Source: the human T2T-CHM13v2.0 reference genome, Homo sapiens
Direction: 5' to 3' (one strand)
Assembly (NCBI RefSeq): GCF_009914755.1
Contig: NC_060925.1
Length of the DNA stretch: 64,000 nucleotides
Shown: in pieces, positions 1 through 15,143 of the stretch
How positions within the stretch are numbered: the first letter of the stretch is position 1
Layout of the letters: each line of letters begins with the position of its first letter
The notes under the pieces: model-generated
What the model saw: only the letters and a program-made list of their open reading frames with translations
Database searches by the model: none
Told to the model about the DNA's origin: nothing
Translations under genes and position numbers: made by a program

Positions 1-1216
<1,216 letters not shown>

Positions 1217-1357
1217 TTAGAGTTTTGTGTAGTGTGCCTCACTGTCTTTGAAAGGAAATTGGCTGTGGAATATTTACAAAGAACCATGCAGCTTCCAGGT
1301 GCCGGTCCCTGTCTGTGGCTTGTGGCCAGGAAGCTGAAGTTCAGCCTCCTTCCTACT

Positions 1358-1430
1358 CCTGGTTTTGGCCACTTAAGGACCTGAGGACCACTTGGGGGCC
1401 TGGTTTTGGTAACTTAAGGGCCTGAGGACC
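1358..1430. repeat. 32-bp direct repeat, 2 copies, 41-bp period
   Basis: CCTGGTTTTGGCCACTTAAGGACCTGAGGACC (1358-1389) vs CCTGGTTTTGGTAACTTAAGGGCCTGAGGACC (1399-1430), 3 mismatches. Confidence 0.85.
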
Positions 1431-2460
1431 GGGAGGCTGATGGACATGAGGTCCTTTGTGCACTCTCTGCTGTTAGACCTAGGAGAGACTGAGAAAGTAA
1501 TTTTAGGGATTGTTAGCACATAGGGATGGGAAAAGGAGAGAACTCTGCCCCTGCTGAGACCTGATCCTGTATTCAAGTACTATTAGCCACGCGGGAGCCT
1601 GGAGTCTTGACCCTGCCCTGAGCCATCATGTGGGCCACATGACGTTGCTTCTCTGTGAACCTCTGTCAGATGGAGGGGAATGAAGGCCTGAACGTTTGCT
1701 GTGTTCTTCCTGCAGCCCTTTTTCATCCCCATCCCTGACACGGGAAACAGAGCCTGGCCCCTTATGGCCAAAACCTAGTGGGCAGTCCTTGCAGACAAGC
1801 CAGAGGGGATGGGGCCCGGAACACCACTGTGTTGTGGACACGTAAGCTCCATGGTGTGTCTGCAGCTGGGGAGAAGCCTTTGTGGCTAGAAATGGGCCTA
1901 CCGTGAACCCTAGGTCAATTGGGAAAGTGGATGTCAGCCTCCTCACTGACCTCAAGCAGACAGAAGCAGTTTACATGGCCCAGCTGTGTGGCCTGGAGCA
2001 AGCTCTGTCACATTATGCGCATCTACTTGCCGTGTGTTATAGAGAGGGTTGGAGAGAGCCCTAAGACCTCCTGCAGTTCTACATTCTGGGTTTAGGAACC
2101 TTGAATGTGGATTTGGGACCTGTTCAGCACAGGAGGCTTGCCAAGGGAGCCCCCTCCCCCAGCAGGGCCAGAGGCTCGCTTGGGAGAAAGCCACGTGGGA
2201 CCAGAGTGTGGAGAGGTGCATGGCCAGGTAGTACAGGCTCAGGCCATTGCAGGTGCAGCCCAGGTTGCAGAGGTGAGAGGCGATGGTAGTGGGAGCTAGC
2301 TGCAGAGTTCCTGGTAGCAAGACTTGGTAACGAGTGTAGGACTTCCTGGAGAAGGGGCCGATGTTGTGGCCTAGGCCACAGCTCTATTCATTGAGATGCA
2401 TGTCACCCATGATGTCCAATGTTATCTGCCCAAACCACTGGGCATTCAACATGGCCATGG

Positions 2461-2461
<1 letters not shown>

Positions 2462-2497
<36 letters not shown>
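2462..2497. repeat. (CA)18 microsatellite
   Basis: Counted directly. Confidence 0.97.
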
Positions 2498-2498
<1 letters not shown>

Positions 2499-2772
2499 GA
2501 TGACCGGCAAAAGCATGACAGGAGAGAAAAGGTTAGGGCACGACCCTCCTGCTATGGTCTCCCACCATGACAGGCACCTCGGGTGAGTTTTGTAACCTCT
2601 CTGAGCCCCAGAATCTTTTGCCAAATGATGTTAATAATAGTAGCTGCACTCAGTATTACAGTGAAATGCTCCTGTCTGTCCTCCATCAGGAGGCAGTGGG
2701 AGCAGCAACTCAAGACACTGCATGTGAAAAGGCTTTGCCGCAGGCTGCAGGGCGTAATTTCTTAAGAATTAC

Positions 2773-3491
2773 GGGTATTGGGAGTACAGGCACCAGATGC
2801 AGGCCTGGTCCTCAAGGAGCTCACAGTCTTGTGGGGCAAAGGGGTCCTGCGAGTGGACAAAGATGTCGGGAGCCACACCTGGGGAGGGCAGAGGGTCCTG
2901 TTTACGACCCCTGGAATCAAGGACACCTCCAGTCCATCGGGTACCAAGGGTACTCTAACTCTTGGGCAGAACTGCCTCGCCACCCACTGCTGTGGAGGTT
3001 GTTGGATATTTCCGGCCACACCAGGCTGGGGAGACCTACTTGCTTCTGTCATTTAGTCACAAGCCTCACTGAAGCTGGCTCTGGGTCAGCTCCCACCCTG
3101 GGCCCTGCCCTTGAGGAGCTCCCAGGCCATCAGGGAGAGTGATGTGGAAACCAACCAATATGAAATGAGGGTGCACAAAGGGGGCCCAAGCCCCCTTTAG
3201 CTGAGCAGAGGTAGGAGTGACTGATCCTGATGGGGTGTGGGGGAGCTTAGAAAAGGCTTCCCAGAGGTGACCTAAACTGGAGTTCAGGGATGAAGAGGCC
3301 CAAGCTGAGCATTCCTGGCAGAGGGCTCAGCATAGGCAAGGACATGGAAGCCTTTCCTTGACCCTCTGCCCTCCCCAGGTGTGGCTCCCGACATCTTTGT
3401 CCACTCGCAGGACTTCCTACCCCTTTGCCCCACCAGACTGTGAGCTCCTTGAGGACCAGGCCTGCATCTGGTGCCTGTACTCGCAATACCC
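2773..3491. repeat. Inverted repeat, arms 2773-2897 and 3360-3491, partly L2-derived
   Basis: Arms are reverse complements with 2 substitutions and one 7-nt indel. Confidence 0.95.
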
Positions 3492-4042
3492 CTCAGAGCC
3501 GAGCACACAAGTACTCCAAGAATGTGGTGGTGCCTCACTGGCATGTCTGAGGACTAGTGAGTGTGATAATGCTGGAGCAAAGAAGAGATGGGCCAGTGGC
3601 AGGAGGTGCAGCCTTCCTTGATCGTGGGCCCAGGTGTTTGTTCCATACACCCTGGGCAGCCATGGATGCGTTTGGCTCAGGGAGTGGTATGCCCAGAGGG
3701 GTTTTCCAAAGCTGTGGCAGCCAGAGTACAGGCAGGGCCAGGAGGGCAAAGGGCCTGCATACCAAAGTGGCCTCCTCGTCAAGCTCCCTTGGCTGGCACA
3801 TGACAAAACACCAGGTTGTAGAAGGTGTAGGCAGAGCCGATGTGGAAGCAGAAGGGGAAGATCCTGCTCTGGATGGAGCCCAGAATTCGCCAAGGTAAGC
3901 TGCTTTCCCACAAAGGCCATGGGACATGGTGCGTGCAGTATCAGTGGCTAGAAGTGACTGGTGGGCCCAGGGCCCCTCTTTACCCTCCCCGCAGGGCCCA
4001 TCTACATCCAGGGTCTGTGGATGCTGATACTCCAAGGCAGTT

Positions 4043-4268
4043 GGAACATAATAGTTAAGAGCACGAACTCTCAAACCCAAGGGCCAGGGTTCAAAGCCCA
4101 GTTCTGCCACTTAATAGCTGTGTGACTCTGGGCAAGTTTCATAACCACCTTGTGCCTCAGTTTCCTTATATATAAGGAAATTTAATAATATATTCTCAGG
4201 ATTGTTTTGAGGATTAAATGGCTGGCACCTGGCACACAGTAGGTGCTTAGTAAGCATTGGTTGTTATG
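4043..4268 (+). mobile_element. MIR SINE
   Basis: Core TGTGACTCTGGGCAAGT...TGCCTCAGTTTCC and tail CTGGCACACAGTAGGTGCT; boundaries approximate. Confidence 0.8.
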
Positions 4269-4287
4269 GGTATCAGGCACTCTATTG

Positions 4288-4621
4288 CAGGGGTCCCCAA
4301 CCCCTGGGCCGTGGACTGGTAGCAGTTCATGTCCTGTTAGGAACCAGGCCGCACAGCAGTTGAGTGGTGGGCAGAAAAGCATTACCACCTGAGCTCCACC
4401 TCCTATCAGGTCAGTGGCGTCATTAAATTCTCATAGGAGTGTGACCCCTGTTGTGAACTGCACACACAAGGGATCTAGGTTGCACGCTCCTTATGAGAAT
4501 CTAATGCCTGATGATCTGAGGTCAAACAGTTTCATCCCAAAACCACCTTCCTCCCCCATCCTGTGGAAAAATGGTCTTCCACCAAATTGATCCCTGGTGC
4601 CAAAAAGGTTGGGGACCGCTG
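4288..4621. mobile_element. MER1B-like hAT-Charlie MITE
   Basis: TIRs CAGGGGTCCCCAACC / GGTTGGGGACCGCTG; 8-bp TSD CTCTATTG / CTCTATAG; ~335 bp. Confidence 0.9.
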
Positions 4622-4832
4622 CTCTATAGGACAACTCTTTGCCTAGGATGCTTCTCCCCTGACTTGACCCCAGATGAGGAACTGCCATGGCTCTAAGGCC
4701 CCATGAAGGGTGGGCCTCTCCACAAGTGGACTCAGCCCTCAGGAGTCATCTCTAGAAATCCTGGATTCCAGAGGCATAGCCAGACTGAAAAGGGTCCTGC
4801 CTCTTTATTTTTATTAAAAAAAATTAAAAAAA

Positions 4833-4952
4833 ATTTTTTTTTGTAGTGATGGGGTCTTGCCTGTTGCCCAGGCTGGTCTCAAACTCCTAGCGTCAAGTGA
4901 TCCTCCCACCTCAGCCTCCCAAGGCATTGGGGTTACAGGCGTGAGCCACTGA
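4833..4952 (-). mobile_element. FLAM / Alu monomer
   Basis: T-run followed by reverse-complement Alu left monomer. Confidence 0.85.
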
Positions 4953-7900
4953 CCTGTCCTTCCCTGTTTTAGAGTGTCCTGGATAGAAGGCAGGAGCCCT
5001 AGGACCTGCTGACAGGGCCAGCGCCCAGGGACTGCCTAATCCTAGCAAGTCCCTGCCCTCTCTGGGCCTTGGTTTTTCTATCTAAAAACTGGGAACAATA
5101 TACTAGATCCTGTAAGGCTTATTATTCCTTTTAAACAGCATGTAGCATAAGTCCTCACCAGAAAAGTAGTGTTCTAGCCCACAGACAGCATGGGTTGCGG
5201 TTTTTTTTCCTTTCTTTCTATTCCTTTGCATGAGAGACAGCATGGTTCTTGATATCCAACAGATACCGGTTTGAACTCTGGCTCTGCTACATAAAGGCTG
5301 TGTGCATGTCACTTAATCACCCTGAGCCTCAGTTTGATCATCTGTAAATCTGGGCAAAAATACTGCCAAATATGGGGGGTTAGGGAGTGCTGCAATGCCT
5401 CCAGGCGGTGCAATATATTCAGTACCTTTACTTAATGCCTGGCATGCAATAAGTAGTGCTCAACAACCCTAGGAACCCAGCCAAAGTCATGGGCTGGACA
5501 AGTCCCTTCCCTGAGACATGCCTGAAAGAAATATCACCCAGATCTGCATGCCGCAGAAGATGGCAAGGAAAACCAGATGCAGGGTCTTGATGAGTTCTGC
5601 AGGCTCCCTGTCCAAGGACACCTGCCACCAGCAATCTCTCCATAGGTACTCCTGCTGCTTTAAAGGCCCAGAATGAGCCCTAGAGCTGAATCCTCAGCCA
5701 ATGGGGTGAGGGGTTGCCTCTGCCACCTAACAGCAGTCCACCCACATACCCTGGCTCTGCCCAAACCTTGGCCTCTCCAGGCTTTCCCCCCAACTGCCCA
5801 CATCAACCTGATTACAGTGCCTGCAACACACCAGATGCTTCATATGTCCATGCCTTTGCTCCAGTTCCCTCTACTTGGAATGTCCTTCCCCTGCCTGGTC
5901 TACCTGCCAAAAACCTACCTATTTTCAGAGAAGTCCAAAGGGTACCTTCACTAGGACGTTTCCCCTGCCTGCTGGTAGAGCTGGCCCTCCCTGATGGACA
6001 TGCACACACTCCCATCGTCACCCTCCATCTGACCTGCCCCTGTAATACTGCATGGCACCCAGATGTCCAGGTGTCTGCCTCCCCTTACAGCAGGTGAGCG
6101 CTTAGTGGGCAGGGGCCAGATAGGGATTCATTTGAGTGCCCAGCGCCTGACACATGGTGGAAGCTCCATGCGTGTGAGTGTGCTGAGTGGATGGATGGAT
6201 GAACCAACGAAGGAACTAACGAATGAAAGAGTAAAATAAGCCAGTGCCCTGTTCCCAGGCCCCCACTTGCACACACGAGCATCAGCAACAGCATTCCCAG
6301 GCTCAAGCCCAACGTGACCACCTTACATCTCCTCCAGGGAGACTCTTGGCCTCCCAGCCCATGGGCTCTGCCTTCTTTGGCCCCTGCTATCCATCTATTC
6401 TGGTTGCCAGGACTTTGGACCCAGCACAGACTGGGGAGCCCTGGGTGGGGGGGAGTTGAGGTGGTACAGCTGCACCTGGCATTCTGGTTCCTGCCCACAG
6501 AAAGTGCAGGGCTTCCCTCCGCCCTGAGCCCGCAGAGGGAAGGACTAGAACTGGGCCGGGTGGGAGCCCCAGCTGTGGCTGGCTTGAGCGCAGTGCAGGA
6601 GGGTCCTGTTGCTTACGGCAGGCACAGAGCCTAGGCCCTGCTGCGGCAGCAGCGTGTTTCCAGGAGCCAGGGTGAGCCAGGTGAAGGGCCCTGGGGGCTT
6701 CCCTTTCTCCGGGGGCTGGCAGAACAAGGAGCAAGGCCAATGCTCCCTGCAGGAGATGTGGGCCTCCCCCGCCACCGTGCCCACGCCTGGGACTCTGGCA
6801 GAGCCAACCTCCCCTGCCTCATCGATGAGAACCAGGCCAAGGCACCTGCACTCACATCAGCACACCTGACCACAGGGCAGAGCCTCCTGCACCCGCCATC
6901 CCTGGAGTGGAGTGCCACCCTTCCTTCTCAGGGCCAGGGGGTCGGTGATAGAGGTGGGACCACCTGACTTCTGTCTGGTTACCTCTATGGATTTGGGGTG
7001 GCAGCTGAAGAAGTGGGCATGGGGACAAAGCCCCCTGAAATACACTGCAGGCAGGCAAGGAAAGACGCTGTTGACATTGAATTCTGGTACCGTGCTAACC
7101 ACTGTACCTGGATTCTCTTATTTAATCCCAACGGCCACCTTCTCAGGTCTGTTGTCCAATTTTATAAATAAGGACATGGAGGCACACAGTCATCCCACTA
7201 ATGAGTGCCAAGCCAGGAACCGAACCCAAGCACCTCACTCACTGGTTCTCATCTCATCTCACCTCACTCCAGAGCCCGCCTTCCTCCTCTTGTGTTCCCT
7301 ATTCCGTTTGCTTTACGAACATTTATGTGGCACCTGCCACGAGCAGAGCATCGAGGCTGAAGTGCATCAAACAGCCTCTGCCTTCAAGGTTATGCTGTTA
7401 AATGGATGCAATAAATCGAATGGTCTGGGAACTGCTCCAGTGAAGAGAAATACAGCCACAACAAGCAAGTCTGTCATCAGCCCTGCTCTGAGCCCCCAGT
7501 GACTCTCCCTTCCCTCATCAGTGCTCTTGGTGTGGCATTCAAGGCCGTTCAGGATCTGGGCCCTCACCACCTCTACAGCTCCCACTCTCTGACCTCCTTA
7601 GCCCAGCCATCCTGAATGGTTCAGCTATGGGGCAGGAGGGTGCAGTGGCTGAGTATTGATTGGCTGTGGAGCCAGGCGCCTGCATCCCAATTCCAGCCTC
7701 AAAGCTTACTAGCTGGAGGAGGCCTTGAGCACTTTGCTTAGGCTCTCTGTGCCTCAGTTTCCTCATCTGCAACATGAGCAGGATAACAGCACCTACCTCA
7801 TGCAGGTGTTATGTGGATTAAATGCATTAATCCGCATGAAGCATGTGGAACACAGCTTGCCTCAAAGTACGTGTTCAATCTATGACATTGTTATTTTCTA

Positions 7901-9334
7901 TTCCCTAACCTTGTCATGCTCCTCTGGGCTTTGGGCCTTTGTTCATCCTATTCTCTCTTCTGGGACCATTCTTCCTTCCACTTGTTCCCCTCCTTCCACC
8001 CCCAACTGTTCCTCCCTTCACTATTTAACACGTAGCCTTCAATCAGGCCCAACTGCCTCCTTCAGGAAGCCCTCCCTGTCTGCTTATCCCACATGTCCCC
8101 ATGGCACCTGCACCACAGTGCATTGTTGTTTACTTGATGGTTCCCACTCTGTAAACTGAGTCAGGGACCCTGAGCTGTGCACTTTCTAATGCCAGGGGCT
8201 ACTACTGCACCTGCTCAGCACATAGTAGATGCACAACAAATTATTACTAGCTGATGATATAGAGCAAGGAGTGATTAATTCTGAACAGATCAGGGATGGA
8301 AGCCACCACATATGATGGACTTGGGTCATGAAGTTGAAGAAGGAATTGGGGGGTGGGAGGGCCTTCTGGCATATTCCAGGGGTAGTGCCTGTGCTGGCCT
8401 GGCTCAGTAATAGCAGTGGCCACCTCTTGAGCACATAGGATATGCCAGGCAACATTCTTGGTGCTTTATTTGGATCGGTTCACTTAATCCTCTCAACACC
8501 TCTAGAAGGCAGGTAGCTTTATAGCCCCATTTTACTGACAGGAAAAGTGATGTGAAGAGGTTAAGTAACTTGTCCAAAGTCAGCTAGCTAATGAAAAGTA
8601 GAGCCAGAACTTGAATTCAGGCTCTTGAAAGTAAGCCCCTCAGGAGATATCGATATTAACGAGACCAGCCCTCTGCCTTTAAGGAGTCTGCGGTAGACCC
8701 AGCTGCCCTTGCCTTGCTCAGTCCAAGCTTACGGTAAAGTCTTAGCACTCACTGTGTCATGCAGTGTCCCCATCCTGTCTGCCCGGGTAGAAGAATTCAG
8801 TCTGTGGAAACCCCTGCCAGAGCCCACCGTCGAATCCCCATAGCACCCAATACCTTGCCAATGGGGCTCCCATCACCCTATAAGCTTTTCTTGGCAAGCC
8901 TTGGCAGCAAGTGCTGCCCTGGAAAACGGGCATCCTGAGTTACCATGAACTGGTGCCACCTTTTCACTCTCCTGGCCCTACACAGTTTTGATTAGCTAAG
9001 GGCACTTAAGCTTTAACCACAGGGGCTCATTAGCAGCCTTGGGCACTGCTGGCTTGACGGGAATCCCTGCACCGGGATGGTGCTTAAAGTTGCCACCCCG
9101 TTCTGCTGGCCATAGTGCACCACCCACCTACCTTCTGTGCAAAGTACCACTTAATATACAGGCAGCTCCACTTGCCAAGCCTCTGCTGTGGGCCAGGCAC
9201 TGTTATCCCCATTTTGCAGATAAGAAAGCTGAAGTGGAGGGACTATGAGGAAGTACCTTGCACAAATGTCACGGAGATAGTGAGTGGCCCAGACAGTCTG
9301 ACTCCAGAGTCTGTAGCTGGGGTCACTATAAGCC

Positions 9335-9586
9335 TTTTATTCTAATTTTATTTTTGAGACAGGGTCTCTCTCTGTTGCCCAGGTTGGAATACAGTAGCAG
9401 GATCTTGGCTCACTGCAACCTCTGCCCTGGGCTCAAGCCATCCTCCCACCTCAGCCTCCCAAACAGCTGGTACTACATGTGCCCGCCACCACGCCCAGCT
9501 AATTTTTGTATTTTTCGTAGACACGGGGTTTTGCCATGTGGCCCAGGCTGGTCTCAAACTCTAGGATTACAGGCGTGCGCCCAGCC
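9335..9586 (-). mobile_element. AluJ with internal deletion
   Basis: GAGACAGGGTCTCTCTCTGTTGCCCAGG...GGGCTCAAGCCATCCTCCCACC (J-type). Confidence 0.9.
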
Positions 9587-11114
9587 TCATTATTTTAAAT
9601 TAAGCAAAATACCTTGACTTTTTTCAGGTGTTACTTAAGTTTGCAATAACATCATAAAAATATTTTCCCATTTTCCACGTTATAAGGAAACTTAAAAATC
9701 CTTTTCCTAACTCTAAAACAAGCCTCACATGCCCTTGGATGCGTAACAACCCATTCTAAAAAGCACTCATGCATCTTGGTGTGGAAACGGATCATGGGAA
9801 CTCTGGAGACCTGGCACTCAAGTAGTTAAGGAAATGACAATTTCAACAGATTTCTGCAAAGCTCCTTTATGGATAGCCCAGCAGGTGTTTCTTCCATTAA
9901 AACACAGAATATTAACGGAGGCCTTGATTTACATTCTAAGCCTGATTTACACAATGGTTTTGTTATGCACCAGCCTTTGTCCCCAAGTATTAATTCTGCT
10001 AAATATTTCCCAGGCAGTCACTGCTAGATCTCCCCAAGGAATGAGCAATGATAATACAGCCTGTACCTGCTATTTTGCCAGCATCCCATTTCATCAATTT
10101 ATGGCAAGAGGTAAAATTGGCAAGTTCAGAAATGAGACAGTAAGGTACACAGTTTGAGTATTTCTGTCTTTTCTCTAAGGAGATACAGCTATTCTGCAGG
10201 TGCCTCCTAATTCTTGCCTGTGGCATTTCCCAGGAAAGTTGTCAAGCATCTTATCAAGAAAACAAGATCCAGGTCTTGAGATAACAAAGTTAACGGCAGA
10301 ACCTGAGCTCCCAGTGGGGGGATTTCCTAAGTCGTCTGGTGTAAGGGAAGTGTCTCTGAGTGCAGACTAAGGGGTAATTAAGCATTTCATATAAGTGAGC
10401 TTGGTCAACCCCCAAACCACTTACAAGGTGGGTACCATTAGCACGAGTGTCCCACCAATGGAGAATCTGAGAGGCACACAGGGCAAGTAATTTGTCTGAG
10501 GTCACATCCCCAGTAAGTGAATCTAGGATTATGTCTCTTCAAGGCTCTGATCTTTTCGCCAAATCACACTGCCCCTGGCTACTAGAAGAAACACTGGCTT
10601 CCTGATCAGGACACTTGGGTTTCATTCAGCCTGACCTTGGGCAAATTGATGTCCTCCCTGTATTTCTCTCCCTATTGTAAAATAAAGAGAATGGGCACCT
10701 GTTTCACGAACTTACACAGCTTTGGCAGCTCAAAGGTTGATCCAGCCAGTCTTCTCTTCACTCAGCAGGACCAACCAGAGAGGAGTGGCGCCTGTCCTGT
10801 CCTCGGGTGTCTTGCGAGTCAGATGACATGTGGCAGGTTCATTCCTGCTCCAGGCCCACTTCCCAGCTGAGAGCCAAGGCCAGCTTCAAGTTTACCTAAA
10901 CTCTAAAGCTCCAGGATTCTATATCATCCTCAAGTCAGTCTAGGCCTTGAACATTAATCAAAAGTAAAATTAACTGGCTCTCTATTCCTGGAATCTGGTT
11001 TTTAAAAGTGCTTACATTAGGCTAACCTCCCATAAACAAGCAAGCTTATGGGGCATATATTTAAAGTTAAAAAATTATTTGGCCAAAAAATAAAAATAAA
11101 AATTTTTTAGCCAA

Positions 11115-11499
<385 letters not shown>

Positions 11500-11795
11500 T
11501 AAAGCACCCATTTGCATGAATCCTAATTTCTCGCATACTTTAGGCTAACTTGGTTAGAGAGATATACATAATTTAGTTTTATTTATTGAAATCACTTTTG
11601 CAGAGGCTAAGCAGTGTAGTGAGAAGGACAGTTTTTGGCCAGTGCCTGCAATCTAGCTGTGATCATAATAGCTGTGCATCCTTGGGTAAGTTGCTGAAAT
11701 AGATCCTCATGCTTCCTCATCTGTAAAATGAGATAACAGCATCTGCCTTGCACAATTGTGAAATCTGAAAATGGTATATAGAAGTGCCTAACAGT

Positions 11796-12084
11796 GGCCA
11801 GGTGCGGTGGCTCACACCTGTAATCCCAGCACTTTGGGAGGCCGAGGCAGGAGGATCGCTTGAAGTCAGGAGTTGGAGACCAGCCTGGGCAACAAAGTGA
11901 GCGAGAGCCTGTCTCTTAAAAAAAAAAAAAAAAAAATTAGCCACCATGGGTGGTGCACACCTGTAGTCCCAAGCTACTCAGGAGGCTGAGGCAGGATTGC
12001 TTGAGCCCAGGAGTTCGAAACCTGTTGCCTGAGCAACATAGCGAGGCCCCATCCCTAAAAAATAAAAGTAAATAAAAATTTTTT
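11796..12084 (+). mobile_element. AluJ-type element with monomer-like right arm, inserted in a MIR
   Basis: GGCCAGGTGCGGTGGCTCAC start; MIR sequence before 11795 resumes at 13593; outer TSD AAGTGCCT(A/C)ACA. Confidence 0.85.
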
Positions 12085-13583
12085 CTGATGCCTGCAGGCA
12101 CCACCCCATATGGGTTTTCCAGCCCACTCCAGTGTGATCTGCACCCTGGCAGGGCCTCAAGGGCCAAGGCTGCCTTGCCCTTTGGGCTGGAGATGCTTTG
12201 CCAGACTAGCCTGAGGCCTTGTCTAGACAGGGCTGGGCTGTTTGTCGTTGGAAATTGAGGCTTGGCCAGAGGCGGGAGCCCCTACAGTGCCGTGATCAGG
12301 CTGAGGCTCACCACAACAGGAGAGATGAACCCGCATCTGCCTGCCGCCCCGCTATGCTCCCTCTCCCCCGACTGGCGTCACAGTGCCCCCACCCGCGTTG
12401 CTGCCTGTGGTGTGCGTGCCCTGGGGAACACAGCCCCCGAGGGCGGGGACCTTGCTGGGGGCCCCTCAGCTTCTTTCTGTGCCTCTGAATTGCCAATACT
12501 GTCCCTGCATCTCTGAGTCTACGTGCATGCTTGCCCCCGGCGTGCCACCTGTGCGGAGCGCGTGAACCTGGTGTGTGCGTGCTGTGTGTGTGTGCGTGCG
12601 AGAGAGGGTGTGAGAGTGAGTGGCGTGCTGGGCATGAAGGATCTGTGGGGTGCTGCAGTTCCTGCAGAATGGCCCAGTGGCGAATGGTGAAGGTGTGGGT
12701 TTCAGTCCAGGCCCTCCCCCGGTAGTCAGGAGGTGCTGGTGTCCACCTCCAGGGCCCCCAAGCTACAGGGGGCACACGGACCCATCCGGTGGGTCAGGAC
12801 CTGCAGGGGACCCGGAGGCTCCCACCCTCACCTCTCAGGACTCTGCCTCCACCACCCCTGTGGGCATGCACTGAAGGGTTGCCCGCAGGGTCTCCAGGCG
12901 AGGGGGACCCCACAGGGTGGGCAGCACCTTCTCCCGGCTTCCCCACAGTCCCCTGCAGCGTCCCGTCTGGCTGTTGAGCTACATGCAGTCGGGCACACCT
13001 CACACTACAAGGCTACCCCTGGGCCCATCCCTGCCCCTTCCACGGCCCCCACCTGTGGTCAGGGGTTGCCACCCCCTCAGGACCTGGTCTCGAGGCAGCC
13101 CCACTCGAGTCTTCTGGAGTCCGAGGCACGCCACTAGCCCAAAAGGGAGGGGGTGTTTGAGGGGGGCTCTGTCTCCAGACCTCAGGGAAGCTGGGCAGGC
13201 TCTAGCCAGTGGTCCTCCAGAGAGCAGCGTTGACCACCTGGACCCCTGCGCCGAGCGACAGAAGGCCCTGGTCCTGCAGGCCTGGTCTTGCCCAGCTGGG
13301 CCGCCTCAGGTGTCAGGAAGGGGATGGGTGTCCCTGGCTCCCAGGCCAGGCAGCTGCTGACCTCCAGCCCCCCACACTTGCTCACGAGGACCCCACCCCC
13401 GCAGGCCCTCCCGGGTCCTGACCAGCCTCTGATGCAGCATCTGCTTTGGCCTCTAGGCCCCCTCGCTCCCCACCCACCCCAGCCCCTTCCTCCGGTACTC
13501 ACCTGGGGCCTCCATCCCAGAAGCGCAGGGCTTATTTTTCTGATTAAAGAAAACAAAAAGTGCCGTGCCACTATTTAAAAAAA
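12085..13583 (+). pseudogene. Putative 5'-truncated processed retrocopy (3'UTR-like, parent unidentified)
   Basis: Abrupt GC/CpG-rich block not resembling common repeats; ATTAAA at 13543-13548; A-run 13577-13583; flanking AAAAATTTTTT direct repeat. Confidence 0.6.
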
Positions 13584-13751
13584 TTTTTTTTTAAAGTGCC
13601 TCACACCACAGTGGCATATGGCAGATCCTCAACAAATAAATGGCCAGCCCATTAAAAGCAGAGTGCGCACATCAGTCTGATAATGAACAACTGAAATTAC
13701 TAAAAGAAATGCCCAGCTACAAAGTGGACCCAGAGGAGGCAGCTCTTGCAC

Positions 13752-13890
13752 CAGGTGCTCTCAATTGACTTTGACTGCACATTACAATCAGCTGGGAAGC
13801 TTTAAACTTCCCAATGCCCAGGCCACACCCTACATGTAACCAGACCCTCTGGATGGGACCCAGGTGATTCCAATGTGCAAGGGTAAGATC
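13752..13890. mobile_element. MER5A-type hAT MITE fragment
   Basis: TGACTGCACATTACAATCAGCTGGGAAGCTTTAAA...CCCAGGTGATTCCAATGTGCA. Confidence 0.65.
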
Positions 13891-14050
13891 CTCTGCCTTG
13901 TAATCTAGCCTTACTAGGTTTGCTCTCAGAATGCATGTCTCCTAGCCTGAAAATCTGAAGTATTCCAAAGGAATCCTGGGCCTGGAGCTCCAATGGCAGG
14001 GCTGGGAGCTGGTAGGGCTTGGCTACGCATTCATTAGAAAACCTGATGCT

Positions 14051-14395
<345 letters not shown>

Positions 14396-15137
14396 CTACC
14401 AGTAATAAGCTACCTGGAGGCTGTTTAGCAGGTGGAACCACTGGCCAAAATAAGAACTGCAGTGCACTGGGAATTAGCTCAGGGGCCTGGCCTCAGGGAG
14501 CTCACCATCAACAAGAGGCAGGACCACTGTACAATGAGCTGTGTATGCACAAAACAAGAAGGGATGTGATCTGTGCTGTGGGAGGCAGAAGGAAAACCAC
14601 TATTCAGAGCTGCCAGGCAGCTTTTTAGGAGATGCTGGCTTTGAGCTTGGTCTTCACAGATTCTTGTCAGATATGGACATGCAGAGACCCTAGGGGGCCA
14701 AGGATGGAAAACTTGGTTATGTTCCTTATCTAAGATGCAGGAGCAATGAAAGTAGTTGGCATTGCTAGGGTAGTTCAAGCTTGCTCCATCTTTCCATACA
14801 ATTCAGGCAGAGAGTAGCTTTTTTTTTTCTTTAAAACCAGCTTCTACATTAAGGACACAAGAGACCAGCTCTTAATATTCACCCCATCTTGGCTCTAGGA
14901 TCCAACTCTGTACCTACGATAAGGTCACCGTGGCAGTTGAAGCCTGCTGCCCCGATACTTGGGGGAAGAAATGGTTTAAACCACATTTTCCTAACCACCT
15001 GATTTTTTATGTTAGGGATGGGTGTGTGGGAACAGTCAAAAAGGAAAGAAAAGGAGTAGAAAGCTGTTGCACTGTTAAAATGGCAGATGTTATCATTGTT
15101 TCAAATTAATGTGCAAGGCCCATTCCAATAGTTTGAC

Positions 15138-15143
15138 TTTATT
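15138..15143 (-). terminator. PARS2: PARS2 poly(A) signal AATAAA (3'UTR ~15120-15958)
   Basis: TTTATT on + about 820 nt downstream of the stop codon. Confidence 0.75.

Noticed and set aside
12219-13578. Many 60-155 aa ORFs in the GC-rich insert
   Set aside because: None resembles a protein I recognise; the composition explains them and the block looks UTR-derived.
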